Assembly: GCF_039555335.1 (NCBI RefSeq)
Contig: NC_092646.1
Coordinates: 58,074,946 to 58,138,945, forward strand
Origin: Amphiura filiformis
Taxonomy: Eukaryota
Reading direction: 5' to 3'
DNA: 64,000 nt
Positions 36,761-49,140 of the stretch are shown here, piece after piece (the first letter of the stretch is position 1; the number at the start of each line of letters is the position of its first letter). The notes beneath the pieces are model-generated. The model searched no databases and had not been told where the DNA came from. It saw only the letters and a list, made by a program, of their open reading frames with translations. Made by a program: the position numbers and the translations under genes.

Positions 36761-37782
36761 TTCTTCTTCCTAAATAAGCGCTGCTGTACCTCAATTTGGT
36801 GTAATGAGGTGATGCATCATGGCAAAGGATTCTGGGAAGGGAAATATCTTCGCATTAGTCATCTCTCTTTAGGGCTCATATTGAAATTCCCTTACACAGG
36901 AAGGTGTGCGCCATCCTGCAGCTTTCCTGTGCTAGCCTTCTTTTGTTAAAATCCTGTGTGATTATAACACTGCAATTAGCCACTTAAATTAGGAGCGCGC
37001 TTTCCTGGGTTGTGCGATGAGCCGATTAGTTCAATTAGCTCAACAATCAATAAAATTGCTAGTCTTTGATAAACTTTTATTATAATCCTTGGGTGTATCA
37101 CTGATGCATATATAATCCATCCGTTTTATGACCGAGCTTTCCTGAGGCGCGCGCTTAGCGAGGGGAATCCTGCCTTCTTTCAGTGTGAAAGCGTGGTAGG
37201 GTATTTCAATATGAGCCCTTAGCCCATTCAATGAACTGTTATATAAAAATAATGATAATTACCGTACTAACTTGAGTATAGTCCCAATGCATTTTGATAT
37301 CATTAATAGAATATGACATGTAAACAAACTATCAATTTTCATATTAAAACACAAAACTTTGTGCAAAATTCAATTTTTTTTTTTTTTTTTTACCTTGAAT
37401 GATCCTAGCATTTATGTTCTATGTTCTGGGACACTACAAAACCGAAAAAAATAAATAACTTAAAAAATTTTTTTTTTTTTTTTAATTTCTGAAATTTTTC
37501 GAAAGTTTGGGGTGGGACTATACTCGAAGGTGGGACTATATACTCGCGTCAGTACGGTAATATAAAATTTCCAAACAATTTGGAAGGCTAACCTTATCTT
37601 GTTGATATTAAAGGAGCTCACTTTACTTGTCTTTGGTTTTTCTTGGGGATGACTTGGTCCTGAGTTTTAAAAGAATAAAAATACAACAACAAAATGTTAT
37701 AAGTAATTGCAGGTTGACATATTAATGAAAATCTTCAAAACTCAGTTGTGACTATCTTGCCTGAGCAAAACTCTTGATGTAC

Positions 37783-37907
37783 ACAGGGGGTGTGAATTTT
37801 AAATGGGGTTTACCTGTATGGGTGATTCCATTTGATATCTACACCCCCTGTGTGGGATATTAAGATCATGTCTTCCATAGGGGGTACATGGATTTCAACT
37901 GGAATCA
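37783..37907. mobile_element. MITE-A partial copy (right half)
   Basis: acacagggggtgtgaattttaaatgg...gggtacatggatttcaactggaatcat. Confidence 0.6.
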
Positions 37908-37909
37908 TA

Positions 37910-38100
37910 AGTGAGAGCATGCTGGTCTGATGGTTAGAGCATTTGACTTATGATTAAAAGGTTGTGGGTTCGAGCCCAATGTCCTTGGGCAAAACACTTC
38001 TCACTTGTCCCACTCCATCCAGTTGTAAAATGGGGAGCTGTTAAAGATTGTTCAGCTTATAAACATCTACTTAACTTCACTGTTGAGACACACATAAAAA
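37910..38100 (+). mobile_element. tRNA-derived SINE, same superfamily as the SINE at 33095
   Basis: Head: gagcatgctggtctgatggttagagc...gtgggttcgagccca. Body: cttgtcccactccatccagttgtaaaatggggagctgttaaag. Confidence 0.6.
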
Positions 38101-38394
38101 GTAATACAAAACTCACCTGTGACAATCTTCCCTAAGCTAAACTTTGTCCCACAGATAATGTATAGCTCAGTATTCTCTTGGTCTGGGTTGTTAAATCTAT
38201 TGTACTTACCCATTTCTCACATCTGTCAAAGGGGACACCCTTGCAAAATCCCTATTGGTTTGTTCAGGGCCTTTCACGTCAGAAGGCACGAGATGCAGCA
38301 GCCAAATCCTGGAAAAAACAACCATTGCAATGAAGCGATCTATTTCGAGTGACGTCATTACCGGCTGACCGACCAAATACAGCTTATCTTCACT

Positions 38395-38765
38395 GAGACA
38401 CAAATCAATGAAACCAAACTCACCTGTGACAATCTTCCCTGAGCTAAACTCCTGTGTCATAGACATCCCACAGACAATGTGTGGCTCTGTATCTACTAGC
38501 TTTTCTTCACTGAGACACACATTAATGAAACCAAACTCACCTGTGACAATCTTCCCTGAGCTAAACTCCTGTGTCATAGATGTCCCACAGACAATGTGTG
38601 CCTCTGTATCTACCAGCTTATCTTCATCGACACACATCAATGAAACCAAACTCACCTGTGACAATCTTCCCTGAGCTAAACTCCTGTGTCATAGACGTCC
38701 CACAGACAATGTGTGGCTCTGTATCTACCAGCTTATCTTCACTGAGACAAACATCAATGAAGTCC
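38395..38765. repeat. Tandem repeat with a unit of about 116 bp x about 3.1, derived from the SINE tail region
   Basis: aaactcacctgtgacaatcttccctgagctaaactcctgtgtcatag recurs at 38418, 38535 and 38650. An ancestral single copy sits at 38105-38170. Both strands have open frames across the repeat. Confidence 0.8.
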
Positions 38766-38937
38766 ATACCCAGGATAGGGACACCATATTTCTGGGCCAT
38801 ACGACCTTTGTAAGAATCCTTCACCTTCTCTGCATTACTGACTATAAGATGGGAGCTCTGTGATTATAACAAATATTAACATGAGATCATTATTACAATA
38901 AACATTCAAGAATTACAAAAAAATCAGGTTGGGTCAA

Positions 38938-39170
38938 GTTGTTAACTAATTTTCAGCTTGAGTCATTTATCTCACTTGTCTCACTCCACCCAGGTGCACA
39001 ATGGGGAGCTGTTAAAGTTTGTTCAAGTCACTTGAGTCACTGTACAAATTCAATGGAGTTGAGTCACCTAATATCACTTGAGTCAGGGGCCTTGTTCTAC
39101 CTTGAGTCACAAGTCATGACTCATTATAAATTTGATTACAAATTTTGTTACTTCTATCTATTGGATTCGC
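38938..39170 (+). mobile_element. SINE body fragment without a tRNA head
   Basis: cacttgtctcactccacccaggtgcacaatggggagctgttaaagtttgttcaag. Confidence 0.45.
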
Positions 39171-39176
39171 AAAATG

Positions 39177-39437
39177 GCTATTCCAGTTGAAATCCATACA
39201 CCCCCTATGGAAGACACGTAATCTCCATTTCAAATGGAGTCACTCATTCAGGTAATCCCATTTAAAGATCACAATCCCTGTGTGGAAGATTATGGTCATG
39301 TCTTCCATAGGGGGGGAGTGTGAATTTCAAATGGGGTTACCTGAATGGGTGACTCCATTTGAAATTCACACTCTCTGTGTGGAAGATTAAGGTCATATAT
39401 TCCATAGGGGTGTATGGAATTCTACGGGAATATCCCA
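39177..39437. mobile_element. MITE-A, about 1.5 rearranged copies
   Basis: ggctattccagttgaaatccatacaccccctatggaagac ... ggaattctacgggaatatccca. Confidence 0.7.
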
Positions 39438-40599
39438 CACTGAAGCCTGTATGTGAGAATGTACAGCATCCTAATTTTGGCTTAGATCCAGCCATCACTG
39501 AGTCGTCAGGAACAGTAGCCATACTTTAATTTTGCCCCGAAATTTCAAAATTGCATTCTGTTGCCTATATGCGGGTCATTTTGTGCTATGAAAGTTGGAG
39601 GTCTAGGATATGTAGTAATGATGATGTGCTAAAACAACACATCCACATTTAATCCCCGACGCGAACACCAAGTTCATTTGCCATTTGGACACAGTCAAAA
39701 TCCTTGAGCAGGAAACAAGATACTGGTATGATGGAGTCAATTTACATTAGAGTCAACCAACCATCACTCAACAGTGACGGGGCCTGATACAAGTTACCAA
39801 GAGTGTATGATCAAGTTTTGTGATCAATAGTCCAAAAGGTCACTGATCCCAAACTTGGGTTGCCAGTCTCCTGATGAAGGTCAAAGTTGTGACCGAAAAT
39901 TTGAGGCAAGTCTTAATTTTGTATTAAGATGATATAGTTTAAAATGATTTATTATGAAATCTATGAGGCCTATGTAATGAAATTATTAGTTTCATTTGAC
40001 CAAAACTGTCATTATTTTCATAAAAAAGTCAATTATCTGAAAATTGAGATGGAAATAATCAAAATTGAAACTCTCAAAATGTCTGACATCCCCTGCTGAT
40101 CATAATCAGCAGTTTTTCTTAGTTGTAGGGGTACAGGATGGGGTAAATAATGAAAATTTAAGGATTACCTGAATACCTCATCATGTTTCTAGTGATTACA
40201 AAAACTGTTGCAAAATGTTTGTAATGATGATCTAAGCATTAATACAGCCATGTAAATGAAAGTTTTGGCAATAATGAAATTGTCTAAAATAATGAATAAT
40301 GAAATCATGACCTCATAATTCACTGAAAAAATGTGACGGAAACTAATCATTTCATTTCATTAGCCTAATAACAAAGATGAACTTTCATGCTTCCATTTAT
40401 TTTAATAAATTACCTTTTTTGTAATAATGTATGACACAATTCCTCCATTATCTGTGATTTTCTTCCTCAATTCTTGCTTCTGCTTAAATCTCACTTGAGC
40501 TGCATCCAAATCTAAGACAATCTGACATCCATGGAAAATCCCAGCCCCTGTCTCTGCTTTCTGTGAATAAAACAGGGTAAAAACAGCAACAGGTCATGT

Positions 40600-41100
40600 A
40601 AGGGGCTGTGCAATAATTATGAGCCCCCCCCCCCCTCGGGGATAAAATTTCCAAACGGCTCCCCAAAAATCGTTTCCCCCCCCTCTCGGTCTGCCAAAAA
40701 TCGCTTGCCCCCACCCCTCTCTGCCCGCCAAAAATTCTTTACCCTCCTTGCGCATGCCCAATTTTTGGGATCCCAAGTTACAAACCTTAAATGATCTATA
40801 TACCTGTTGCGAGCGCAGCGAGCAGGAAAATTTGCATATTTACGCGTTTCCGTACTGTTTTCCTACGCCTTTTTAGAGCATTTTATTAAAAAGGCGCCCC
40901 ATGAATGTGTGCCAAAAATCGCTTGCCCCCCCCCCCTCTCGGCTTGCCAAAAATTGCTTGCCCCCCCCTTTTGGCTCGCCAAAATTTCTTCTCCCCCAAT
41001 TTTACCCTCCCCAGGGCTCATAATTATTGCACAGCCCCTAAGGGGTGGTGCAATAATTATGTGTACCCCAGGGTCGTGAATTAATGTATAGGGGAGGGCA
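40600..41100. mobile_element. MITE family B copy of about 440 bp plus an extra partial terminus, in opposite orientation to 31148
   Basis: ggggctgtgcaataattatgagcccc at 40602. gggctcataattattgcacagcccc at 41018. An additional ggtggtgcaataattatgtg at 41045. Confidence 0.7.
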
Positions 41101-41150
41101 AAGTTTTTTTGGCAAGCCAGGGGGGGGAAAGCATTTTTTGCAGAGGAACT

Positions 41151-44100
41151 ATAAGGGGTACTACACCCCTGCCCAATTTTGTGCCTATTTTTGCATTTTG
41201 CTCAAAAAATTATAGCGCATTGGGGACAAGTAAGATATGTAGTAGGCAAGGACTACAACCACTGCACTGGAAATTTTATTTCAGCACAGACAACAGTTGT
41301 GGAGTTACAGACAAAAATGAGGGAAGGGAGATCAAATCACTTTATTATCAAAATACATATAAAACCATTGAACAATAAAGGAAAACAATAAGCCCAGGAC
41401 AGATCGTATAAAAGATCATGCAGGGCGGACAAATACAGTATAAAAGCATGTAAGCACAAGAAATAGCAATATTGAAAGACATAAAAAGATATAAGATTTC
41501 ATTATTTATCACATTATGCACTGAGCATAGTAAATGACAAAAGAGGCAATGATGGACAATTTGGAAACCTTGTCGCGAATTCCTTGAAACAAATCGGGAG
41601 TGAACTAAAGAAGTGAATGATTTGAGCCTGTCAGCATTATCTTGCGAAATGAAACCTCTCGAGCCAACTTCAACACCTAATGTAAGTAACCTCGAAATCA
41701 TTTTCCTGAATATCAGAAATAAGAGGCGATACTTATTGAGCTTCAACTGATGGGCCCTGTCAATACCATGCTCAAAGGAACGGTCAGTTCCACAATCAAT
41801 AGTTTCCTTCGATTCTTCCAAAGAATTACCAGATCAGGTTTGAGGTTGGTTGGAGAACATTCAGTAGGAATGGTAGTGACACCGGCAAAACCAGCTTCAC
41901 CTGGAATGTCATGAAAATGGTTGCATCCGAATCTTTGAGGCCAGCTCGTATGCGACAGATATAAAATATTTCAGAACACTATTATGACGGTAAGTATAAC
42001 GACCTTGGTCCAGAAAGACTTTACAGTTATTTAGAACATGATTGAGAGTCTCTTTGTTGCAGCAATGTAAACATTTGTTGGAAACAGATTTACCCCACCT
42101 AGCAAGGTTGACCCTTGTGTTCAGAGAGTCGCCAAGGGCGTTAACCAAAAATTTGCTGACTCTCGAAGGAAGATTGAAAATGATGCTACGCCAGAGAGTG
42201 CAGGAAGATTCTTTGGAAAGGAGATCATAAAAACGTCCTTGCACTGCAAGAGAACGAACATGATTATGCCAAAATTCAGAAATTGAATGGGTCAACGTTT
42301 TCTTGGCGGAATTCTTCTGAATGGTAACCTTGTTTGACTTTTCCCCAACTGCTTAAAATATTTCTTCACTCCTGACAGTCACTGATTTCTTCCGAGTCCA
42401 TTTTCGCTCTCTATCCAATTTGGAATCAATGCAGTGGCTAACAAGCTCATCACTTTTATTTCTAATTGAAATATGTGTCATCACATGACTCTCAAGATAG
42501 AGATCAGAAATGGATCGAATATTGAGCCCATTAGGCATGAAAATAAAGGCAAGGGTGCCGGGTTTTGGAATACCAAACCATTTTTTCAAATGACGATTGC
42601 ACATAGCGCCCAGCGCTTGGAGATGAGAAAAGCAGAGATCATTGACTGTCAAATGGTAGCGTAAAGAGGGAAGAAAGTATCTTGTGTAAACTTGAATCTT
42701 ATATTCATTTGAATAACAGAAGTTTCGATATTTTCCAGGGCGGAAGAAATTTTGTCCTTGAGGTATTCAAAATATCCGAGGAATTGTTGCGAAAAGTAAT
42801 GAGGGAACCAAGAAATTTGTGAGAATCATTTTCAACGGTTGGGACCTCAACGCCTGCAATGTCGAAAAGAATGGAAGTGGGGAGCCTGCAGAAAGGGATA
42901 ACGATCTGCATTTGGAAGGCTTTAATTTGAGACCCATTGAAGAACAATGGTCGGTGATGCGGTTAATGAAACGTTGATGGGTTTTCTTATGTCTTGTGAT
43001 CAGGCAAAAATCATCAGCAAATGGGGTGGTGATGAATTTGGTACCACTGAGATCGTAACCAAAATTGGAATTGGCGATGAGGTCTTGAACAATAGGATCA
43101 AAGCAGAAGATAAAAATTAACCGTGAAAGAGTGTCTCCCTAGAAAATACCTTTCTTAAACTGAAATTGATTCAAGTCCAGTCCTTTGAGGAAACTCTACC
43201 AGTGAGAGATGAATAAAGATTGTTAATGTACAGTTGAATACAGGGAGGGAAATTTAATCTCTTCAGAGTGTGATAGATAAGCTCATGTTGAACACTACCG
43301 AAGGCGTCTTCTAAGTCAAACCAGGTAGCATGAACAGTCTTAGAGTTAGCTTTAGCATGACTTAAAATTTCATGGACAATTGTATTATGATCAGTACAAC
43401 CACTAATGCCTTTCAAGAAAGCTTTTTGAAACAAGTATAATGTCAATAAGATTGTTAGAAATAACAAATTTCTCAAATCTTTCGGCAAGCACTTGGTGAT
43501 AGAGTTTTCCAATAACGCTGACAAGAGCAATCATGCGGAAATTAGATGGATTGTCAGTATCACCTTTTTTGTGGATCAGCACAATTTTACTTGATGTCCA
43601 TGATGATGGTGGAGATGGAAAATGTAACAGTTTGCTAAAAAGAGTTGCCATAAAATGATGCGTACAGGGAAGTTTCTTAATCATCCCATACATTAGGCCG
43701 TCCGGACCGGGCAGATTTAGAACTTTTTTCATAACAATTTTTCTTATGTCGGATGGTCTGACTGGGTCTAAATTGAAATTGAATAAAGTCTCTGGCTCGG
43801 TAACAGGTGGAAACCAATTCATTTCGTCATAGTTGAGTGGCGTTAGACAATTCATAGCGATCTGTATAGAACTGGTCAGCTGATTCTTTAGAAAATGATG
43901 GCCAGTTACTATCACCATAGAGTGACCCGTTGACTAGTCTTTTAGCAAAGTCCCAGAAGTTTGATTTAAAATGTCTCTCCTCCCGGGCACAAGTTCTTTC
44001 AGAATCCTTAGCTTTTTCTTGTTTACGAAGAGTATCATATGTGTGAAGGGCGTCATAAAATAGTTTTTATCATCAGCAGTGGCATTTTTTCTGAAAGCCT

Positions 44101-44392
44101 TTTTGCTAATTTGTTTTTTTTTGACCGTCTAACTTCATCAAGTGTTTTAGCAGTTCGTTTAATAAATTGTTTCTTATCCGGAACTTTAAAATCAGGTAAC
44201 TCGGAAAAGAATTCTTGTAAAATGCGGGTAAATATTTGATCAATAAATCAATAACTACTTGCTTTGAGTCCTTGCCTCTATAATATGTACATATCTTACT
44301 TGTCACCAATGTGCTCATAATTTTTGAGAAAAATGCAAAAATGGGCACAAAATTGGCCACGGGTGCAGTACCCCCTTAATACCGCAAGTACG
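41151..44392. mobile_element. MITE family C copy split by a roughly 3-kb LINE insertion; termini at 41151-41240 and 44275-44392
   Basis: aagggggtactacacccctgcccaattttgtgcctatttttgcattttgctcaaaaaattatagcgcattggggacaagtaagat. Its inverted mate is at 44283-44390. An intact palindromic family member lies at 51276-51735. Confidence 0.55.
41240..44275 (-). mobile_element. Degenerate non-LTR retrotransposon (CR1/L2-like) ORF2: RT domain plus a C-terminal CCHC finger, split by frameshifts
   Basis: Minus-strand ORFs carry PGPDGLMYGMIKKL, SKIVLIHKKGDTDNPSNFRMIALVSV, DLEDAFGSVQHELI and a C-terminal finger KCLHCCNKETLNHVLNNC. The pieces are in different frames. Confidence 0.7.
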
Positions 44393-46939
44393 ATGAAATT
44401 GACGATGAAAAGATGTTCAGACTCAATCACTTACTACGAAATCTGTGTCAGCGAAATATTACAGTGCAAATAGTTATGTAGCGAGCCTTGTGAAAAGCAT
44501 TCGACTAAACTAGGGATGGGCAATGTACAACAGCGTGACTATATTCTTGCATTAAGTTCAGTCGTTTAGTTATCGCTGTGGTGGGCTCATTATGTTCGAT
44601 AGTTTGCCCGTACATTACGTGCACGAGTGGGTGAGAGGGGGTATCATTTTATTCCGAAGGTGTGTGTGGGGTGTGTGGGGGGAGGGTTGTGAAAAGGCTG
44701 GGGCGGGTCACATAGTTTTTATTTAGACTGGGTTACAAATTTTAAAGCGGGTTTATACAAATTTACTGAAAATTTGGTTCAAAGTTGAGAACTGCTTTTA
44801 AATAAATCATGCATGCAGCACTTGAAGTTGAAGATACTCAAAATGAATGATCATAGGCGATAGTGTTAGAATGCAGGGGACTGGTAAAGATTTATGCAAA
44901 TTTTGATTTTCGAAAAGTTCCCATAGGTTTTCACATGATTTCACTTTAACTTTTAAGCGTTAAAAAATTCAAAAATGTTGTATTCTATGGTAGGCCTATT
45001 AAAGCCATAATGCGTGATTTGCTCCACAGCAACGCCTCAATTTTTTTTTTAATTTCTACTTTTTGCACTGACATTGTAATGGCTATTGGTGTACATAAAT
45101 GCCATGTGAAAGACTAAGCCTGAAGCGCTTTAATTACAGTAAAATTTAACATTTATAACAAAACCGGAGATCGCTGGTTTTATTCTGAGCTCACTGATCG
45201 AGTGCTAATAAACACACCCCGTGGCCGTGTATGTGTACATTGAATCATTGAATCAGTGATGTACCGTATAAACTGTATACGCGTATCACTTTTCGTCTTA
45301 CGTCTGGTACATCACATCAGCTGTGTGTAGCTCTACAGTAATCATATACATGGGCGAGATTATACACGCATTGTAAGCACTCTCTGTCTTGAAGTATAAT
45401 CTGTGTGCATATTCGTCTTACGTCTCGTTTGTTCATCCTAGCTGTGTAAAACTATGCCAATATTCATGACAATAATACGATCAACGAGCTGATATTTACT
45501 AACTTGGCGTTAGAAATATGATTATACTATACCTTCTTCTTCTTCTTCTTCCTTATACAATGTATAATATACATGTAAGTGCCTCCCTCATGTATGAGTA
45601 TTATCGTACTGCGTACAGACAAGCTGTACTTATTTTTTACTCTGGAACCTAGAGTAGATGAGTGTATTTTTGAAGTACAGTCAACAGTACCGGGATATGA
45701 TCCCCTGCTCTTTTCGAATAGCCAGTGACGTTCTTTAACATGCACACTACATTAATGTGAGAAAACCGCTAGGCCACGCTCCCCTAGTTCACCACGTAAA
45801 CTTATGGCTCAAAATTCGGACCGCTCGCCAATAAGTTTACTGCTTTCTATGTTTTGAAATTTGTTGACGTTTTAACGATCCCCGATTCACGGTCGCTTAT
45901 TTTAGCCGTGTCACGTCACATGCATGACGCTGGTGGGTACCAAGGGTACCAACCAAACTTCAGAAGAAAAAAAACCTCGATCGCCGATAACGATGTGATA
46001 TGGGACTTACATAGGATTCCACAGAGATATTTCTTGCCAAAATTTGACCATTTCTAGGCAAGTTGGCCCTACTTTGTCTGCGTTATATGAAAAAGGACAG
46101 TCTTCAGTAAGTATAACTAAGTGCAACGCTTTTGATGTTTTGATGTTTTGGGAGACTGGGAGGGTTCAGAACAAAAAAATGATGGAGGCTATTCTTGACT
46201 GTGTAATATTCCTTCAACCAGTTGCCGTGCGGTAACAGTCTTATACGATGGACAGATAGTATCAGTTTGTGAATGAGGACATCGTATAAGTTCCTTGTAC
46301 TAACGCTCCCCTCCCCTGGCGTGAGAAAGTGGCCCAATGCGTGAGAATCACGCCCAATATGCATGAGAGTTGACAGAGACAGGAAAAAGTATGTTAGAAA
46401 GATGTGTGTCATCTTATGATGTTATGGAAATCAAACACCCATGTTACAACATGACATGGCTTTAACTTTTAAGCTTACTTATTTTTAAGCTTACCTTGTT
46501 CATGATCTTCCAACGTACGTGTGACACGTGTCTCTGACCTTGCTGATTTGTATTGGCATTTGATGTCCAACACGAATCCTGTCACAGTGAACCCAAAATA
46601 ACTTCCTTTTCTCTCTCTGTGTCCTTGAAATCGACTTTTTTACGTACAAACATGAACACGTACAAGCTGAATGTACTTCAAAACATGACCTGAGCAGCTG
46701 ACCTGGGGATTTTCCCTGCAATAAAGTATGACGTCATGAGCTAAAAATAACCAGCTAGTTGCGGCGCCACGGGGGGGTGAGGATACCTCCAGCCCCCCCA
46801 GTAAAAACACAAAATTACAAAAAGTTTCACTTTTTCACCAATTTAGCGCAAAATGTGTGTTATCCCGTCCCGGATCCAGAAAGCACTTTGTGTCTCAGGA
46901 AAAGCACAACCCACTCATAGGCCTACATCGCTCCCCACT

Positions 46940-48500
46940 CCATAGGCCTATATTTAGGGAGTGTTCAGAAATACTCTGGTGGGGGGGCTGGAAAATATGT
47001 AGGGGGGGTCATAAAATTTTAGGAGCTCTGAATAGGGGGGTTAAAAAAGAACACGGGGGGGTTAAAAAGTTTTACGGCACGTAGGGGGGTGTAAAAATAT
47101 TTCGCAGCTGCGCGCGCAAATGTTCAATTATTAGACCAGAACAAAAGTAGCCTACATTTGATCCAGTGTTAAAAATTGTCTTGTTTCTAACTTAATTTTG
47201 AGGTTTGTGTCAGTTCTTTCTAGTCAGCTCTTTAAAACTGCAATATCTTTGCTCTTCTTTAGTGTTGACAATTTTTACAATGTTTCATGTAGTAATTTAT
47301 TATCACTGATAGGCCTATACAACTTAATCATGTTGCATTACAATTATAGGCGGAGGAAGCTTGGAGAACCGGTGTAGACACATGCCCCACTAATTTATTC
47401 CATGGGGGACATAAAAATCCTAATAGAAGAAAAAATAAAGCAATAATTGCCATGTGCAACTTTATAGCACATCCAAAAGCACCATGTTTTGGGCCCAAAT
47501 AGGGTAAAATTGCACAATTTTGCGCTTCGCGATCACGCGAACTGGCCCACCAATTAGCAAAACACACCATTTTGGCAGTAGCGTATAGACAGGGGGCGGA
47601 AGGGCCCCCTGACAAAAAATGAAAAAAAAAGTGCCCCTCTGACAAAAAATGAAAGAGAAAATCTGGAGGGCATAGAAAAGGAGCAAGGATCCCCTTTTCC
47701 ATCCAAATTCACCCCGATCATGGGCCAAAATAGTGTAAAACTTAAGTTTGCACGCTGTGTGCGCACATTGTCACAATAAAGGCATTTTCATCCCATCATG
47801 GGCGAAATACACAATTTTTGCACGCTTTTTGTCCCAATAAAGCCTTTTTTGAAAGCTCAAATACATGTACAGTCTCTCTAAAATCAAAACCGGTATATGT
47901 AGGCCTATTTGCAACGGCAATTTCTTTTTTCGTCTGTGCCCCGAAATTTTACCCCCCCGACCAAGAAAACTGGCTACGCCCATTGGGCTAAAATAGTCTA
48001 AGATTTGTGCGCGCTTCGCCGCAACAAAATGTCCCAGTAAAACCAGAACAAAATTATACTCGTCCCCCAACCCCCACCTAAATTGTAATGCTTCCGTCGC
48101 CACTGATTCCAATCATAAATGTATGGTTTATTAATACTGGGTTGCATAGGCCTAAACATACTTATGCTACTTTAAAACATTTCCTCAATTCCACATATTA
48201 TAATTTTATATCAATGACATGGGTACAATCTCATTGTACATGAATACAAATTTTAGTATCATTTTAAAATATGTTTCCTCTGCCATTTGATGTAGAATGG
48301 TACATTATGATGGGGGGGGGGGGTCAAAATAGTTTTGAACCTATATGAGGGGGGGCAAAAAAGTTTTAGGTCCATTAAGAGGGGGGTCAAAAAGTTTTGG
48401 GTTCGCGAAGAGGGGGGGGTTAAAAAAATTTCGACATGAAAAAAAATATTTTCCGGCCCCCCCCCCCCCCCCCACCCAAAGTATTTCTGAACACTCCCCC
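46940..48500. mobile_element. Candidate non-autonomous element with G-box inverted termini and internal degenerate repeats
   Basis: 46945-47100 (gggagtgttcagaaatactctggtgggggggc...ggggggtcataaaattttagg) is inverted relative to 48300-48500 (..cccccacccaaagtatttctgaacactccc). The interior has 3-4 copies of gggc.aaaatag.gtaaaa.t..g.gc.cg. Confidence 0.4.
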
Positions 48501-48539
48501 AGCAAACACAAAAACGTTTTAAAAACGTTTTTAATAAGT

Positions 48540-49140
48540 TATATTTTGGCTTTTGGTTTACATAAAACGTTTTAATAACATTAAAATGTCGGGTTATATA
48601 AAGGTCATGAAAACGTTTTAAAACGTTTTGTATGAAAACACACTACAACAATGTTTTTAAAATGTTTCCAAAAATGTTATTATAAACTATTTTTGCAAAC
48701 ATTTTTGCCAAATATTGTGTCAATACTTAAATAACATTATGTTAAAATATTTGAACTCAGCAAACACAGAAATGTTCTTAAAATGTTTTTTCAAAACGTT
48801 TTAATAACATTTAAATGTCGGGTTATATAAAGGTCATGAAAACGTTTTAAAACGTTATTGCAAAATATTTTGGGCAAATATTTTTCGCAAAATATTTTTT
48901 CAACCTCAAAATAACATTCTGTGTAGAATGTTTTGTATCAAGTTTTCAAAATTGTTTTTGGAATGTTATTAAAACGTTTTATACCCTTTATATAACCCGA
49001 CATTTAAACGTTTTCTCTAAAACATTTTTGTTTGCTGAGCAGTAGATTATCAAAAAATGATTTTTAATGTTATGAAAACGTTTTATACACTTAATATACC
49101 CTTTATACAACCCGACATTTAAACGTTTTCTGGCAACCTT
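48540..49140. repeat. Direct and inverted copies of a 65-bp motif, with a period of about 235 bp
   Basis: aaacgttttaataacattaaaatgtcgggttatataaaggtcatgaaaacgttttaaaacgtt occurs at 48560 and 48795. It occurs inverted at 48975 and 49085. Confidence 0.7.

Noticed and set aside
37560-37680. Candidate upstream PARP4-like exon (SGPSHPQEKPKTSKVSSFNINKI)
   Set aside because: It is an open frame with an acceptor-like site. Its donor phase (2) does not match the phase-0 acceptor of the next exon at 33981. It has no similarity to PARP4.
38206-38664. Minus-strand ORF of 152 aa with repeating 39-aa units; plus-strand ORFs overlap it
   Set aside because: It lies inside the 116-bp tandem array derived from a SINE tail. 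Both strands are open, which is typical of repeat artefacts. It has no splice-site context and no domain similarity.
46720-46740. Palindromic TGACGTCA (CRE-like) site
   Set aside because: It is a single 8-mer occurrence with no gene start nearby. It cannot be distinguished from chance.
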